Part shown: piece by piece, positions 42,941 through 52,814 of the stretch
How positions within the stretch are numbered: the stretch's first letter is position 1
Layout: each line of letters starts with the position of its first letter
NCBI GenBank assembly: GCA_003208875.1
Contig: QCUR01000001.1
Location: 224,001-288,000, forward strand
Reading direction: 5' to 3'
From: Prochlorococcus sp. AG-679-M23
GTDB lineage: Bacteria; Cyanobacteriota; Cyanobacteriia; PCC-6307; Cyanobiaceae
DNA length: 64,000 bases
Program-made: the position numbers and the translations under genes
Notes under the pieces: generated by a model
Seen by the model: the letters and a program-made list of their open reading frames with translations, nothing else
Databases searched by the model: none
Told to the model about the DNA's origin: nothing

Positions 42941-43501
42941 ATGAACAATTTCTCGCAGAAGAATAAATTAAATAAGAAGAATTTGTTAAAACTTTTAATT
43001 GAAAAGTCTTATAAGAAAGGAAACTTTACTTTGGCATCTGGCAAAAAAAGTGCTCATTATTTAAATTGTAAACCTGTATCTTTAAATGGCACAGGGTTGA
43101 AATTAATTAGTAATTTGTTTTTGGAATTAATGGATCCAAGTTCAAAAGCTGTGGCTGGGTTGACTTTAGGAGCCGATCCTTTAGTTAGTGGTTTAATCGT
43201 AACAGCTGCTTCTCAAGGGTTATTAATAGATGCTTTAATCATCAGAAAAGAAATTAAAGAATATGGAACAAAGGCTGGGTTAGAGGGGCCTACATTAAAA
43301 GAAGGAACTGAAGTAACTGTCTTAGAAGATGTTGTGACTACTGCTGGATCAGCTATTAAAGCAATTAATAAGTTACGAGAAAATAATCTTTTAGTTAAAG
43401 AAGTTTTGTCTATTGTCGATAGAAGAGAAGGAGGATATGAGGCCTTAAAAGAACAAAATATACAATTAAAAAGCTTATTTTCAATAGAAGACTTTCTATA
43501 A
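42941..43501 (+). CDS. pyrE: Orotate phosphoribosyltransferase
   Basis: [35 protein letters not shown]. Confidence 0.96.
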   Translation: MNNFSQKNKLNKKNLLKLLIEKSYKKGNFTLASGKKSAHYLNCKPVSLNGTGLKLISNLFLELMDPSSKAVAGLTLGADPLVSGLIVTAASQGLLIDALIIRKEIKEYGTKAGLEGPTLKEGTEVTVLEDVVTTAGSAIKAINKLRENNLLVKEVLSIVDRREGGYEALKEQNIQLKSLFSIEDFL

Positions 43502-43504
43502 ATA

Positions 43505-44353
43505 ATGTCAAAAATTAAAGAAAATAAAGAAAAATTTTGGCTTGAAAAATTTGATTCCTTTTCTGTTACTGGAAAAGATAGTAAAAGATTCTTAAATGGA
43601 ATAACTACAGGAAATATTGTTGATTTAAATAACAAGGTTTTAAAATCTTGCTGGTTATCCCCAAATGGAATTTTAAAATCATTACTTGAAATTAATTGTT
43701 CGGAAAATGAATTAAAAGTAATTGTCTTAGTAGGAAATACTAGTGAGATTAGAAAATACTTTAATGACATTATTTTTCCGTCTGACGATGTTTCATTAAG
43801 TGATACTTTTTCAATAAATAGACTTCAGCAAGTTGATGATATGAATTCTTGGAGAATCACTCAACCTATTTATTTAAAAAATGAAGATAAAAAATATGAT
43901 TTTTATAAAAAAAATCCAAATTCAATGAATACTAATGACTTGCAATTGTGGAAGATTAATCAGGCTATACCATCTTTAAATAGTGAAATAAATGGGAAAA
44001 ATAATCCACTTGAATTAGGATTAACAGATCTTATAGACTTCAATAAAGGTTGTTATTTGGGTCAAGAAACAATGTCAAAAATCAAGAATGTTTCTTCTTT
44101 AAAGCAGGAGATCAGAGTTTGGACGGCTAAAGATAAAGATTTGAATTTAGAATCTGATAGTAAGAGTATTTACAATAATCATAATAAAGAAAAATCGGTT
44201 GGTTATATTACTAGCATTTATGTATTAGAGTCTCGAATAATAAAAGGCCTAGCAATGATAAAGAGAAAATATTTAGATAATGGAAATCCATTTTTCTCTG
44301 ATAATTTTGGCCAAATTTCATTAGAAAAATCTGTAGGTTCAACTTTTCTTTAA
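43505..44353 (+). CDS. YgfZ/GcvT-like folate-binding protein
   Basis: G.D..RFLNG.TT, DFNKGCYLGQE signature. Confidence 0.88.
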   Translation: MSKIKENKEKFWLEKFDSFSVTGKDSKRFLNGITTGNIVDLNNKVLKSCWLSPNGILKSLLEINCSENELKVIVLVGNTSEIRKYFNDIIFPSDDVSLSDTFSINRLQQVDDMNSWRITQPIYLKNEDKKYDFYKKNPNSMNTNDLQLWKINQAIPSLNSEINGKNNPLELGLTDLIDFNKGCYLGQETMSKIKNVSSLKQEIRVWTAKDKDLNLESDSKSIYNNHNKEKSVGYITSIYVLESRIIKGLAMIKRKYLDNGNPFFSDNFGQISLEKSVGSTFL

Positions 44354-45780
44354 TTAACATTTTCATGTTTTTTGATTAACCACTTCGCGATTTGAAGTGT
44401 AGCCAAACAGTCATCTCGATTATATTTAATTATTTTTTTTAGGAAAATATCATTTAAAGTACTTTTATATTGGATCCACCAATATAAAGCTTTTGATCCA
44501 CTTACATTTTCTTGCTCCCATTTGAATCCAATCCAATTGGCAACTGTTTTTAAACTATAGTTTCTAATAGGTAATATCCACGATCCTCTTACAATTAAGT
44601 GTAAGTCTATAAATCTGGAATTTAGGATTTCTATTTCTTTTACATCGAGATCTAATTGCCTAGCTAAATTTAAAATTGCAATTTTCTCAGTCTCTCCATA
44701 ATGTAAAACTGGCCAGTATTTTTGAGAAAAAAGTTTTTGAATAATTTCTTGATTAGATTTTTTAGTATTGTTTTTAAGGTTTAATATTGGATCATAAAAA
44801 TCATCTTCAATATTTTCAAACAAACTATTTACTTTTAAAAATCCATATAAAAAATCATGTTTATCATCTGGATTTGACTCAATATCAAAAATAAAGAATC
44901 CCGAATCTTTATTTTTTAAAAGATAAGATAAGTTTTTATTTTTCAAAATTCGAATTGGTATTCCTGATAAATATGCTTTTGATTGCTTTATAAACTTTGA
45001 AGCTTTTTCAAATCTTTGCTCCTTAAATTGAAAAAGTTTTTTTCCTAAATCGATTTTCTTTGTAGCAGCTAGTTCTTTAATATTAGATATCCCATTTTTT
45101 TGGAGAAACAAGGCTGTTTTAGAACCAATACCATCAATATCAGTTAGATATCCATTATCTTTTGCTTCTGTATCGCAAAACTTTTGCCATGAACATATCG
45201 TACATTTTTTCCTGTCTTCAGTAATATCTGGAATAGATCTTTTTAGATATTCATTTAAGTTTAAAAAGGTATGTATTACTTTTTTTCTTAAGCGTGGATT
45301 TAAATCAATTTTTTCAATATTAATTTGATTTGAAAAATTTGAAATTACCAATCCTTTTTCAATTTTTGCTTCTTGAAAGGGTTCTAATAACATCGAAGAA
45401 AAAGCTAAATCGAATAGATGCTCTTTTGTTGTTCTATGGCCTAACTTATATACAACAGGTATATATTTATATTCGCCCCATTTGCTATGACCACCTACTT
45501 TTTTAAGTAATTGAGGTTGCATTTCAGTATTTATATTATTGATTACTTTAGATCTTGCTTTTAATCCGATTACTCCAGTTGAACCCCTCTTACAGGCTTT
45601 TTCCCCAGAATATAAATCTCCATCACTTAGTTTGTAAAAGGTTTTGTATCGTTTAATTATTTCTATAGATTGATGTGGTGACCAAATTCTTTGAGACTTA
45701 TTGCCCTGGTAATCTAGCCAAGCTTTTCTTTTGCATCTTATAAAACTTTTTAAATAAAGATTATTCAAATTTTTTTGCAA
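44350..45780 (-). CDS. TM0106-family RecB-like putative nuclease with C-terminal RNase H-like exonuclease domain
   Basis: RC.RKAWLD, CTICSWQKFC, IDGIG, FDIES, YSLK.VA...GF.W, YNRDD. Confidence 0.82.
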   Translation of the reverse strand: MQKNLNNLYLKSFIRCKRKAWLDYQGNKSQRIWSPHQSIEIIKRYKTFYKLSDGDLYSGEKACKRGSTGVIGLKARSKVINNINTEMQPQLLKKVGGHSKWGEYKYIPVVYKLGHRTTKEHLFDLAFSSMLLEPFQEAKIEKGLVISNFSNQINIEKIDLNPRLRKKVIHTFLNLNEYLKRSIPDITEDRKKCTICSWQKFCDTEAKDNGYLTDIDGIGSKTALFLQKNGISNIKELAATKKIDLGKKLFQFKEQRFEKASKFIKQSKAYLSGIPIRILKNKNLSYLLKNKDSGFFIFDIESNPDDKHDFLYGFLKVNSLFENIEDDFYDPILNLKNNTKKSNQEIIQKLFSQKYWPVLHYGETEKIAILNLARQLDLDVKEIEILNSRFIDLHLIVRGSWILPIRNYSLKTVANWIGFKWEQENVSGSKALYWWIQYKSTLNDIFLKKIIKYNRDDCLATLQIAKWLIKKHENVN

Positions 45781-45849
45781 AGGCAGTTTAAATTTTTACT
45801 TCTATAAATTAATATAGATAATTATTGGAAATTAAGGAACTATTTTACT

Positions 45850-47310
45850 TTGTCTTCAAATGAACTAGATGAAATAAAATTCGGAACCGATGGCTGGCGA
45901 GGAATAATTGGTTTTGATTTCAATCTATCAAATCTCTCAAGAGTTGTAGTCGCTTCTTGTCAGGAATTATATTATCAATACTTCGAAGAAACTAATTCTA
46001 AAAAAATTCTTATAGGTTACGATCGTAGATTCATGGCAAATGAGTTCGCAAAAGAGATAGCATCTTTTGTTAAAGGGTGTGGTTTTGAACCCATTCTTTC
46101 TACTAGTTATGTACCCACGCCTTCCTGTAGCTTATATGCCAAAAAATTTATGTTTTTAGGTTGTTTAGTTATTACTGCAAGTCATAATCCTTATAATTGG
46201 CTGGGTTTAAAGATTAAAAGTTTTAAAGGATGTTCTGTGGATGAATCTTTTACAAAGGAAGTTGAAAAAAGGTTACTTCTGGGAAACTCAATTGAAAGAT
46301 TGGAAGGTACATATGAAAAAGTTGATATCAAGAAGTTTCATTTAGATCAAATTAAATCTAATTTTAATATTGATTTTATTGCTAATAATTTAAAGAAAAT
46401 GAATTTGCATATTTTTGTTGACTCTATGCATGGTTCAGCAGCAAATTGCCTTAGTCAGATCTTTGAAGGTTATGATACAAAAATTTTTACTGAAATTAGA
46501 GCAGATTATGATCCTTTATTTGGAGGAAATCCTCCAGAGCCACTGCTAAAATATTTAGATAATTTAACTGAAACATTAACAAAAACTTCTAAAAATGGTA
46601 TTAAAACGCTAGGCATAATTTTTGATGGGGATGGCGATAGGATTGCTGTAATTGATGAAAAAGGAAGATTTTGTAGTACTCAAGTTTTATTACCTTTCTT
46701 TATTAGTTATTTGGGAGAAAAGAATAAGAATTTATATCCAGTACTTAAAACTGTTAGTGGTTCAGACATAATTAGTAATATCGCAAAAAATCAAGATAGA
46801 GAGGTTTTTGAACTACCGGTTGGTTTTAAATATATCGCAAAAAAAATGATTAAAGAAAAAATATTTATTGGAGGAGAGGAATCAGGAGGGGTAGGTTTTG
46901 GAGACTTTATGCCGGAGAGAGATGCTTTATATGCAGCTATGATTTTACTAAATGGAATCGCAGAAAAATCAAAATATTTATATGAAACTTTAGATCAAAT
47001 TCAAGAAAATTTTGGTCCAAGTTTTTATAGAAGAATTGATGTTAAATTTCCAAATCAATCTGAAAAAGAAATTCTTGAAAAATATATTAAAAATAATATT
47101 CCTTCAAAAATATGTGGCTATAGTATAAAAAGTGTATCAAATATCGACGGCATAAAATTGAGAATGGATAATAATTTTTGGCTATTATTTAGGTTCTCAG
47201 GAACAGAGCCTCTTTTAAGATTGTATTGCGAGGCAAAATCTGAAAATGATGTAAATGAGGTTTTGGAATGGAGTCAAAAATACATAAATAAAGTAAAAAA
47301 TATAAAATGA
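45850..47310 (+). CDS. Phosphoglucomutase/phosphomannomutase family protein
   Basis: FGTDGWRG, TASHNP, FDGDGDR, GGEESGG, RFSGTEP. Confidence 0.92.
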   Translation: MSSNELDEIKFGTDGWRGIIGFDFNLSNLSRVVVASCQELYYQYFEETNSKKILIGYDRRFMANEFAKEIASFVKGCGFEPILSTSYVPTPSCSLYAKKFMFLGCLVITASHNPYNWLGLKIKSFKGCSVDESFTKEVEKRLLLGNSIERLEGTYEKVDIKKFHLDQIKSNFNIDFIANNLKKMNLHIFVDSMHGSAANCLSQIFEGYDTKIFTEIRADYDPLFGGNPPEPLLKYLDNLTETLTKTSKNGIKTLGIIFDGDGDRIAVIDEKGRFCSTQVLLPFFISYLGEKNKNLYPVLKTVSGSDIISNIAKNQDREVFELPVGFKYIAKKMIKEKIFIGGEESGGVGFGDFMPERDALYAAMILLNGIAEKSKYLYETLDQIQENFGPSFYRRIDVKFPNQSEKEILEKYIKNNIPSKICGYSIKSVSNIDGIKLRMDNNFWLLFRFSGTEPLLRLYCEAKSENDVNEVLEWSQKYINKVKNIK

Positions 47311-47882
47311 AAAAATTATATTTAGCAAGTAAAAACCAAGGTAAAATTGAAGAATATAAAAAATTACTATTAAATGTAAATTGCCAATTATTGCTTCAAC
47401 CAGAATCAATAGAAGTTGAGGAGAATGGGATAACATTTAGGGAGAATGCAATCAAAAAAGCAAGTGAAGTTTCTAAAAAGACAAGAAACTATGCCATTGC
47501 AGATGATTCAGGAATATGTATTGATGCTTTAGACGGTAGGCCAGGAATTTACTCATCAAGATACGCAGAAAATGATCAAAAAAGAATAGAAAGAGTTTTA
47601 CATGAACTTGATGGAGAAAAAAATAGAGGTGCTTTCTTTATTGCAAATGTTTGTGTTTGCTCTCCTACTGGAGATGTGATATTAGAATCAGAAGCTAAAT
47701 GTTTTGGGAACATTATTCTAAGCCCTAGAGGAAATAGTGGTTTTGGTTATGATCCTATTTTTGAGGAGTTATCAAGTAAATTAACGTTCGCTGAGATGAA
47801 TAATGAATTAAAAGATTTATGTAGTCATCGTGGTAAAGCAGTTAAAAAAATCATTCCTCAATTGTCAAATATAATTGCCTGA
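47307..47882 (+). CDS. rdgB: Non-canonical purine NTP pyrophosphatase (HAM1/RdgB)
   Basis: ASKNQGK, ADDSG, PGIYS.RY, GFGYDPIF, SHRG. Confidence 0.95.
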   Translation: MKKLYLASKNQGKIEEYKKLLLNVNCQLLLQPESIEVEENGITFRENAIKKASEVSKKTRNYAIADDSGICIDALDGRPGIYSSRYAENDQKRIERVLHELDGEKNRGAFFIANVCVCSPTGDVILESEAKCFGNIILSPRGNSGFGYDPIFEELSSKLTFAEMNNELKDLCSHRGKAVKKIIPQLSNIIA

Positions 47883-49370
47883 TTAATTATTAACCCAAGA
47901 TCCATGTAAGCCATGCGGAATGGATATTGGAAGTTCATAAATAGCTAATTCTTTTAAGTCTTTAGAATCTAGTATCACAAGATCACTTCCTCTCCTACTA
48001 CCATTCCATAATAAAATAAATAAGTAACCCTCATCTTCTTTGTTTGATGATTGAGATGGAACCATTATTGGTTCACTAACGAATCCACTAGGTGCAGCTG
48101 ACCAAGAAATTTCCTCTTTGGTGATCAAATTTATTTTTTTAATAGCTTGTAAAGGAGCATTCCCTATTTTCTTATCTGTACAAGCCATCCATGAGTAAGA
48201 TGCCTTTAATCCTAAAAATTTAGGGTTAACAGTAGCGAATTCGCAACATTGTGAACTTAAAGTTTCAAGCTTAGAGGTTTTCAACTTTAAGTCGATAATA
48301 GATCTTTTTAAATTACCCTCTGGATACTTATCAAAGTCAATATCCCTAAAATTTTCATCGGGCCCAACAGAAGGAAAATCATCATAAAAAATACTATCTA
48401 AAATTATGTTTGAATCTTTTTCGTATGCATTAACATGATGAAATACAAATCCATCTGGGGCATCTATAGTTATAGGTGGTTGCCCCTTAAATAAACCACT
48501 TTCTCTTGGGATTATAAAAAATTTAGCTTTTTTATTAGGATTTGATTTCAAACATTGAGCGGCTCCTTTTTGGCCCATTACAAATGGTAAAGGATTAAAG
48601 TCAATAGCGTTTTGTAAAAATATCGCCCAATTGGTTGTAATGGCAAAATCATGAAGGAATGCAAATCCATTAAATGTATCTTTTCTGTCTATTATCAGGT
48701 CACCAGCATTTTCACCAGCATTTGAAAATTCCATTAATCTAATAGTACTTTTTGGACCAGTTTGAACTCCAAAAGTTACCAACATTTCAGATGAAATATT
48801 TGAATTGAAATCGGCTTTTGGATGAGCACTAAATGCTTCGTTGCTCTTTAAAACTCCACCTAAAGTTGTTAGCCCAATAGTATCAAGATTGTTAGGATCT
48901 AAAGCATGTGGACCCGCTGCTTCCCATAGTGCAAGCACTTCATTTCCTAATTTTATAACGTGTGTATTAGCAATATTTTTGAATTTTAAATCTAAAGCAT
49001 TATTTAAAATTCCTCCACTTTTTTGAGTGCCAAAAACTCCTCTATATATGAATTTGTTAATCTTTTTTTCTTCTAAAAAACCTTTTGTTTGGACAAATTT
49101 ATTTGTTAATGATGGTTTTCCATTCTCGAATTTAATTGCTGTAATCATTCCATCTCCATCAAAGGGATGATGAACCCATTGGCCTCCTCTTTCTAATATC
49201 CCTGGCCCGTTTCTGAATAGAGTTCCATTCAATTCCTCAATATCCCCCCCTTTACTTGTATTTAATGGTTCATTTGTTAATTCTTTTTCAACATTTTTGT
49301 ATGCACTAGCCCAGTCTTCTTTATTAAAAGCTGGTTTATCATTAATTTGTTTTTCTTGAATATAAGTCAC
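47883..49370 (-). CDS. Carotenoid cleavage oxygenase (RPE65 family)
   Basis: RNGPG, HPFDGDG, FSAHP, FLHDF, FHHVNA, SEP, HGLHG. Confidence 0.92.
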   Translation of the reverse strand: MTYIQEKQINDKPAFNKEDWASAYKNVEKELTNEPLNTSKGGDIEELNGTLFRNGPGILERGGQWVHHPFDGDGMITAIKFENGKPSLTNKFVQTKGFLEEKKINKFIYRGVFGTQKSGGILNNALDLKFKNIANTHVIKLGNEVLALWEAAGPHALDPNNLDTIGLTTLGGVLKSNEAFSAHPKADFNSNISSEMLVTFGVQTGPKSTIRLMEFSNAGENAGDLIIDRKDTFNGFAFLHDFAITTNWAIFLQNAIDFNPLPFVMGQKGAAQCLKSNPNKKAKFFIIPRESGLFKGQPPITIDAPDGFVFHHVNAYEKDSNIILDSIFYDDFPSVGPDENFRDIDFDKYPEGNLKRSIIDLKLKTSKLETLSSQCCEFATVNPKFLGLKASYSWMACTDKKIGNAPLQAIKKINLITKEEISWSAAPSGFVSEPIMVPSQSSNKEDEGYLFILLWNGSRRGSDLVILDSKDLKELAIYELPISIPHGLHGSWVNN

Positions 49371-49450
49371 TTTAAAATATTAACTTCACTTATTTTCGCC
49401 AAAAATATATGAAATTGTGGCTATTTCAGAAAAGTACTGAATTTAATTAT

Positions 49451-50056
49451 CTAATCACTTTCTAACATTCCTTTACTACTTGGAATAGTTCCAGATCTTC
49501 TGATATCTATTTCAGAAGCCATTCGCATTGCTCTCGAAAAGGCTTTAAAACATGCCTCAACTATATGATGAGAATTTGTACCTTGTATTTGATTGATATG
49601 AAGAGTGATTCCACTATTATTTACAAAAGCTATAAAAAATTCTCTTACTAATTCAGTATCATAATTCCCTATTCTTGGTGCTTTTAATTTGAGATCATAA
49701 GACAAATGAGGCCTCCCTGAACAATCTAATGTTACTTGAACTAAAGCCTCATCTAAAGGAGCAAAAAAATGCCCAAATCTGTTTATACCTTTTCTTTCTC
49801 CTAAGGCTTTAGTAAAAGCTTTCCCAAGAGCAATGCCAACATCCTCATTTGTATGATGATCATCAATATGTGTATCTCCAATAGCTCTTATTTTTAAATC
49901 AAATAATCCATGACTAGATATTTGATGCAACATATGATCTAAAAAAGGTATGCCAGTATCAATTTCAGAAATCCCATTGCCATCTATATTTAGAAAAATA
50001 CTAATATCTGTTTCATTTGTTTTTCTCTTAATTTCAGCTTGTCTTGAGGATGACAT
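49451..50056 (-). CDS. hisB: Imidazoleglycerol-phosphate dehydratase
   Basis: [34 protein letters not shown]. Confidence 0.97.
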   Translation of the reverse strand: MSSSRQAEIKRKTNETDISIFLNIDGNGISEIDTGIPFLDHMLHQISSHGLFDLKIRAIGDTHIDDHHTNEDVGIALGKAFTKALGERKGINRFGHFFAPLDEALVQVTLDCSGRPHLSYDLKLKAPRIGNYDTELVREFFIAFVNNSGITLHINQIQGTNSHHIVEACFKAFSRAMRMASEIDIRRSGTIPSSKGMLESD

Positions 50057-50077
50057 TTTATTTGTTTAAATTGTAAT

Positions 50078-50860
50078 TTACATTCCATTAATGCAATAAC
50101 CTGCATCAACATAAATAGTTTGGCCTGATATGCCACTTGAAAGATCACTTAAAAGAAAAGCAGCTGTATTTCCTACTTCTGTTTGAGTAACTGTTCTTCG
50201 TAGCGGAGCTTTTTCTTCAACATTATGGATCATATCCAAAATGCCACCTATTGCAGAACTCGCAAGTGTTCTAATTGGACCAGCACTTATCGCATTTACT
50301 CTTACTTGCTTTTCAGGGCCCAGTTCTGCAGAAAGGTATCTTACTGAAGCCTCCAAAGCTGCCTTTGCTACGCCCATTACATTATAGTTAGGTATAGCTC
50401 TCTCAGAGCCTAAATAAGTTAAAGAAACTACCCCAGCGCCATCGCTGAAAAGTGGCTTTGCTGCCTTACATAGAGGTGCTAAAGAATAAGCACTAATATT
50501 CAAAGCTCTATCAAAGCCTTCGGATGAAGTTGCACTATAGTCTCCAATTAATTCGTCACGACCTGCGAATGCAAGACAATGAACTAACCCATCAATTTGT
50601 CCCCAATTGTTTTTAATATTTTCAAAAATTTCTTCAATTTGAGAAGGATTTTGAACATCAAGTGGGAGGAATAATGATGGCTCTAAATCTTTGGTTAATT
50701 CTCTTACTTTTGATTCAAACCTTCCTTTTTCATCAGGTAAATAAGTAATTCCTAGTTCAGCCCCAGCTTTTGAAAGTTGCTGAGCTATTCCCCATGCTAT
50801 TGAACGATTGTTGGCAATTCCAGTAACTAGAATTTTTTTGCCAGTTAAATTTAGAAGCAT
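50078..50860 (-). CDS. fabI: Enoyl-ACP reductase (NADH)
   Basis: GIANNRSIAWGIA, YNVMGVAKAALE, SAGPIRTLA. Confidence 0.97.
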   Translation of the reverse strand: MLLNLTGKKILVTGIANNRSIAWGIAQQLSKAGAELGITYLPDEKGRFESKVRELTKDLEPSLFLPLDVQNPSQIEEIFENIKNNWGQIDGLVHCLAFAGRDELIGDYSATSSEGFDRALNISAYSLAPLCKAAKPLFSDGAGVVSLTYLGSERAIPNYNVMGVAKAALEASVRYLSAELGPEKQVRVNAISAGPIRTLASSAIGGILDMIHNVEEKAPLRRTVTQTEVGNTAAFLLSDLSSGISGQTIYVDAGYCINGM

Positions 50861-50961
50861 TTTATTTCTTATTTATATAATTGTCCTACAAAAAGTACAC
50901 TTCTTTGCGAATTACTGCAAAATATACAATAAATTTCAACTATATGGAATATTTTTTAAGT

Positions 50962-51555
50962 ATGGTTAAAACAAATTCAATGTTTTTGGAATTAGGGACT
51001 CAATTACCTTCTTTCGAAATGATGAATACCAATTCATCTAATCAAGAAAACTATAATTTAACCAAACTAGATGATAGGCATTTACTTTTAATGTTTATTT
51101 GTGCCCATTGCCCTTTTGTGAAATATATCGAAAATTATATTTCAGTTTTAAGTAGTGATATTGAGGATAAAGTTCAAACTATCGCAGTTTCAAGTAATGA
51201 TATTGTTACTCATCCTTCAGATTCTCCAGATTGTTTAAGAAATCAAGCTCAATTACAAGGCTGGAGTTTTCCTTATCTTTATGATGAAAGTCAAGTTTTT
51301 GCAAAAGAGTTAAAGGCTGCATGTACTCCTGATTTTTATCTTTTTTCTAATACTGGAAATAGAAAATTTGACCTTTTTTATCATGGCCAACTTGATAGTA
51401 GTAGACCTAGTAATGATATTTCTATCACTGGTGAAGATTTACATGCCGCTGTTAAAGGCTTAAATAAAAATAGTAATTATCCTCATCCTCAACAACCATC
51501 GCTTGGATGCAATATAAAATGGACTCCAGGTAAAGAGCCTGATTGGTTTAAATGA
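50962..51555 (+). CDS. Thioredoxin-fold (AhpC/TSA-like redoxin) protein
   Basis: FICAHCPFV, FPYLYDESQ, AACTPDF, SLGCNIKW; ATG 50962 preferred over TTG 50881. Confidence 0.88.
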   Translation: MVKTNSMFLELGTQLPSFEMMNTNSSNQENYNLTKLDDRHLLLMFICAHCPFVKYIENYISVLSSDIEDKVQTIAVSSNDIVTHPSDSPDCLRNQAQLQGWSFPYLYDESQVFAKELKAACTPDFYLFSNTGNRKFDLFYHGQLDSSRPSNDISITGEDLHAAVKGLNKNSNYPHPQQPSLGCNIKWTPGKEPDWFK

Positions 51556-51608
51556 ATTAAATATAATATTTATCCCAGAGAAAAACCTTTAAAGCTAATA
51601 TAATAAAT

Positions 51609-52814
51609 ATGCTAATACCTCCATTTACATTAGAACGACAGTTCCAAGAAATCGGCTCTGATATTGAGGAGGCGGTTATGAAAGTTCTTAAAGGTGGACA
51701 ATATATAGGTGGTCAAGAGATTGCTGAATTTGAAGAGAATTTTGCATCTCTTGTTGGGGTAAATCATGCTGTTGGGTGTAATAGTGGGACTGATGCATTA
51801 ATACTTGCTTTACGTGCTTTAGATATTGGGAAAGGAGATGAAGTAATTACTTCTTCTTTCAGCTTTTTCGCAACTGCTGAAGCTATAAGTGCAGTAGGCG
51901 CTAATCCAGTTTTGGTTGATATTAATCCAAATGATTATTTAATTAATATTGATTTAATTGAAGGAGAAATCAACTCTAATACTAAAGCTATTATGCCAGT
52001 CCATTTATTTGGTAATGCTGTAAATATGAATTCAATAAAAGCATTAGCTGAAAAATATAATCTAAAAATAATTGAGGATTGCGCGCAGGCAACTTGTACT
52101 ATGTGGGGAAATTCTAAAGTAGGAAGTATTGGAGATATAGGATGCTTTAGCTTTTTCCCAACTAAAAATTTAGGCGCTGCTGGAGATGGAGGGGCAGTTA
52201 CAACTTCAGACCAAAATATTGCAAAAAAGGTCAGAGAGTTGGCAGTTCATGGAAGTCCTAAAAGGTATCACCATACTCAAATAGGTTTTAATAGTAGGCT
52301 GGATACTCTACAAGCAGCGGTTTTAAATATCAAAATAAAATCTGTATCAAAATGGATTAGTAATCGTAAAAAAATAGCTAATAATTATCTTGATTTATTA
52401 GAAAAAAATAGTTTTATTCATTTACCCAAAATTGATTCTGAAAACGTTTCTCATTCTTGGAATCAATTTGTGATCAAATTAAAAAATTATAATTACGATA
52501 TAAATAAAGATTATTCAGAATTATTTGAAACTGATGTCAACAAAAATAATTCTTTAAGAAATTTATTGAAACTAAGACTTTCCGAGAAAGGAATTAATTC
52601 TATTATTTATTATCCAATACCAATACATGCACAAATAGCCTACAAAAATAAAAATTTTTCTAGAGAAAAACTTATTAATACAGAAAGAGTTTGTACTGAA
52701 GTACTTAGTCTACCAATGTATCCAGAAATTTCTTACGAAGAGCAAGTTTATGTGGCAGAAAATTTAAATATTATTTTAAAAAGTTGTATTAATGAACTTC
52801 AGATTTGTGCGTAA
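51609..52814 (+). CDS. DegT/DnrJ/EryC1/StrS PLP-dependent aminotransferase
   Basis: NSGTDAL, PVHLFG, EDCAQA, SFFPTKNLG..GDGG, NSRLD. Confidence 0.92.
   Translation: MLIPPFTLERQFQEIGSDIEEAVMKVLKGGQYIGGQEIAEFEENFASLVGVNHAVGCNSGTDALILALRALDIGKGDEVITSSFSFFATAEAISAVGANPVLVDINPNDYLINIDLIEGEINSNTKAIMPVHLFGNAVNMNSIKALAEKYNLKIIEDCAQATCTMWGNSKVGSIGDIGCFSFFPTKNLGAAGDGGAVTTSDQNIAKKVRELAVHGSPKRYHHTQIGFNSRLDTLQAAVLNIKIKSVSKWISNRKKIANNYLDLLEKNSFIHLPKIDSENVSHSWNQFVIKLKNYNYDINKDYSELFETDVNKNNSLRNLLKLRLSEKGINSIIYYPIPIHAQIAYKNKNFSREKLINTERVCTEVLSLPMYPEISYEEQVYVAENLNIILKSCINELQICA

Noticed and set aside
43213..43770. 185-aa ORF antisense to pyrE/ygfZ-like
   Set aside because: Shadow frame bridging two in-register sense genes; no recognisable domain
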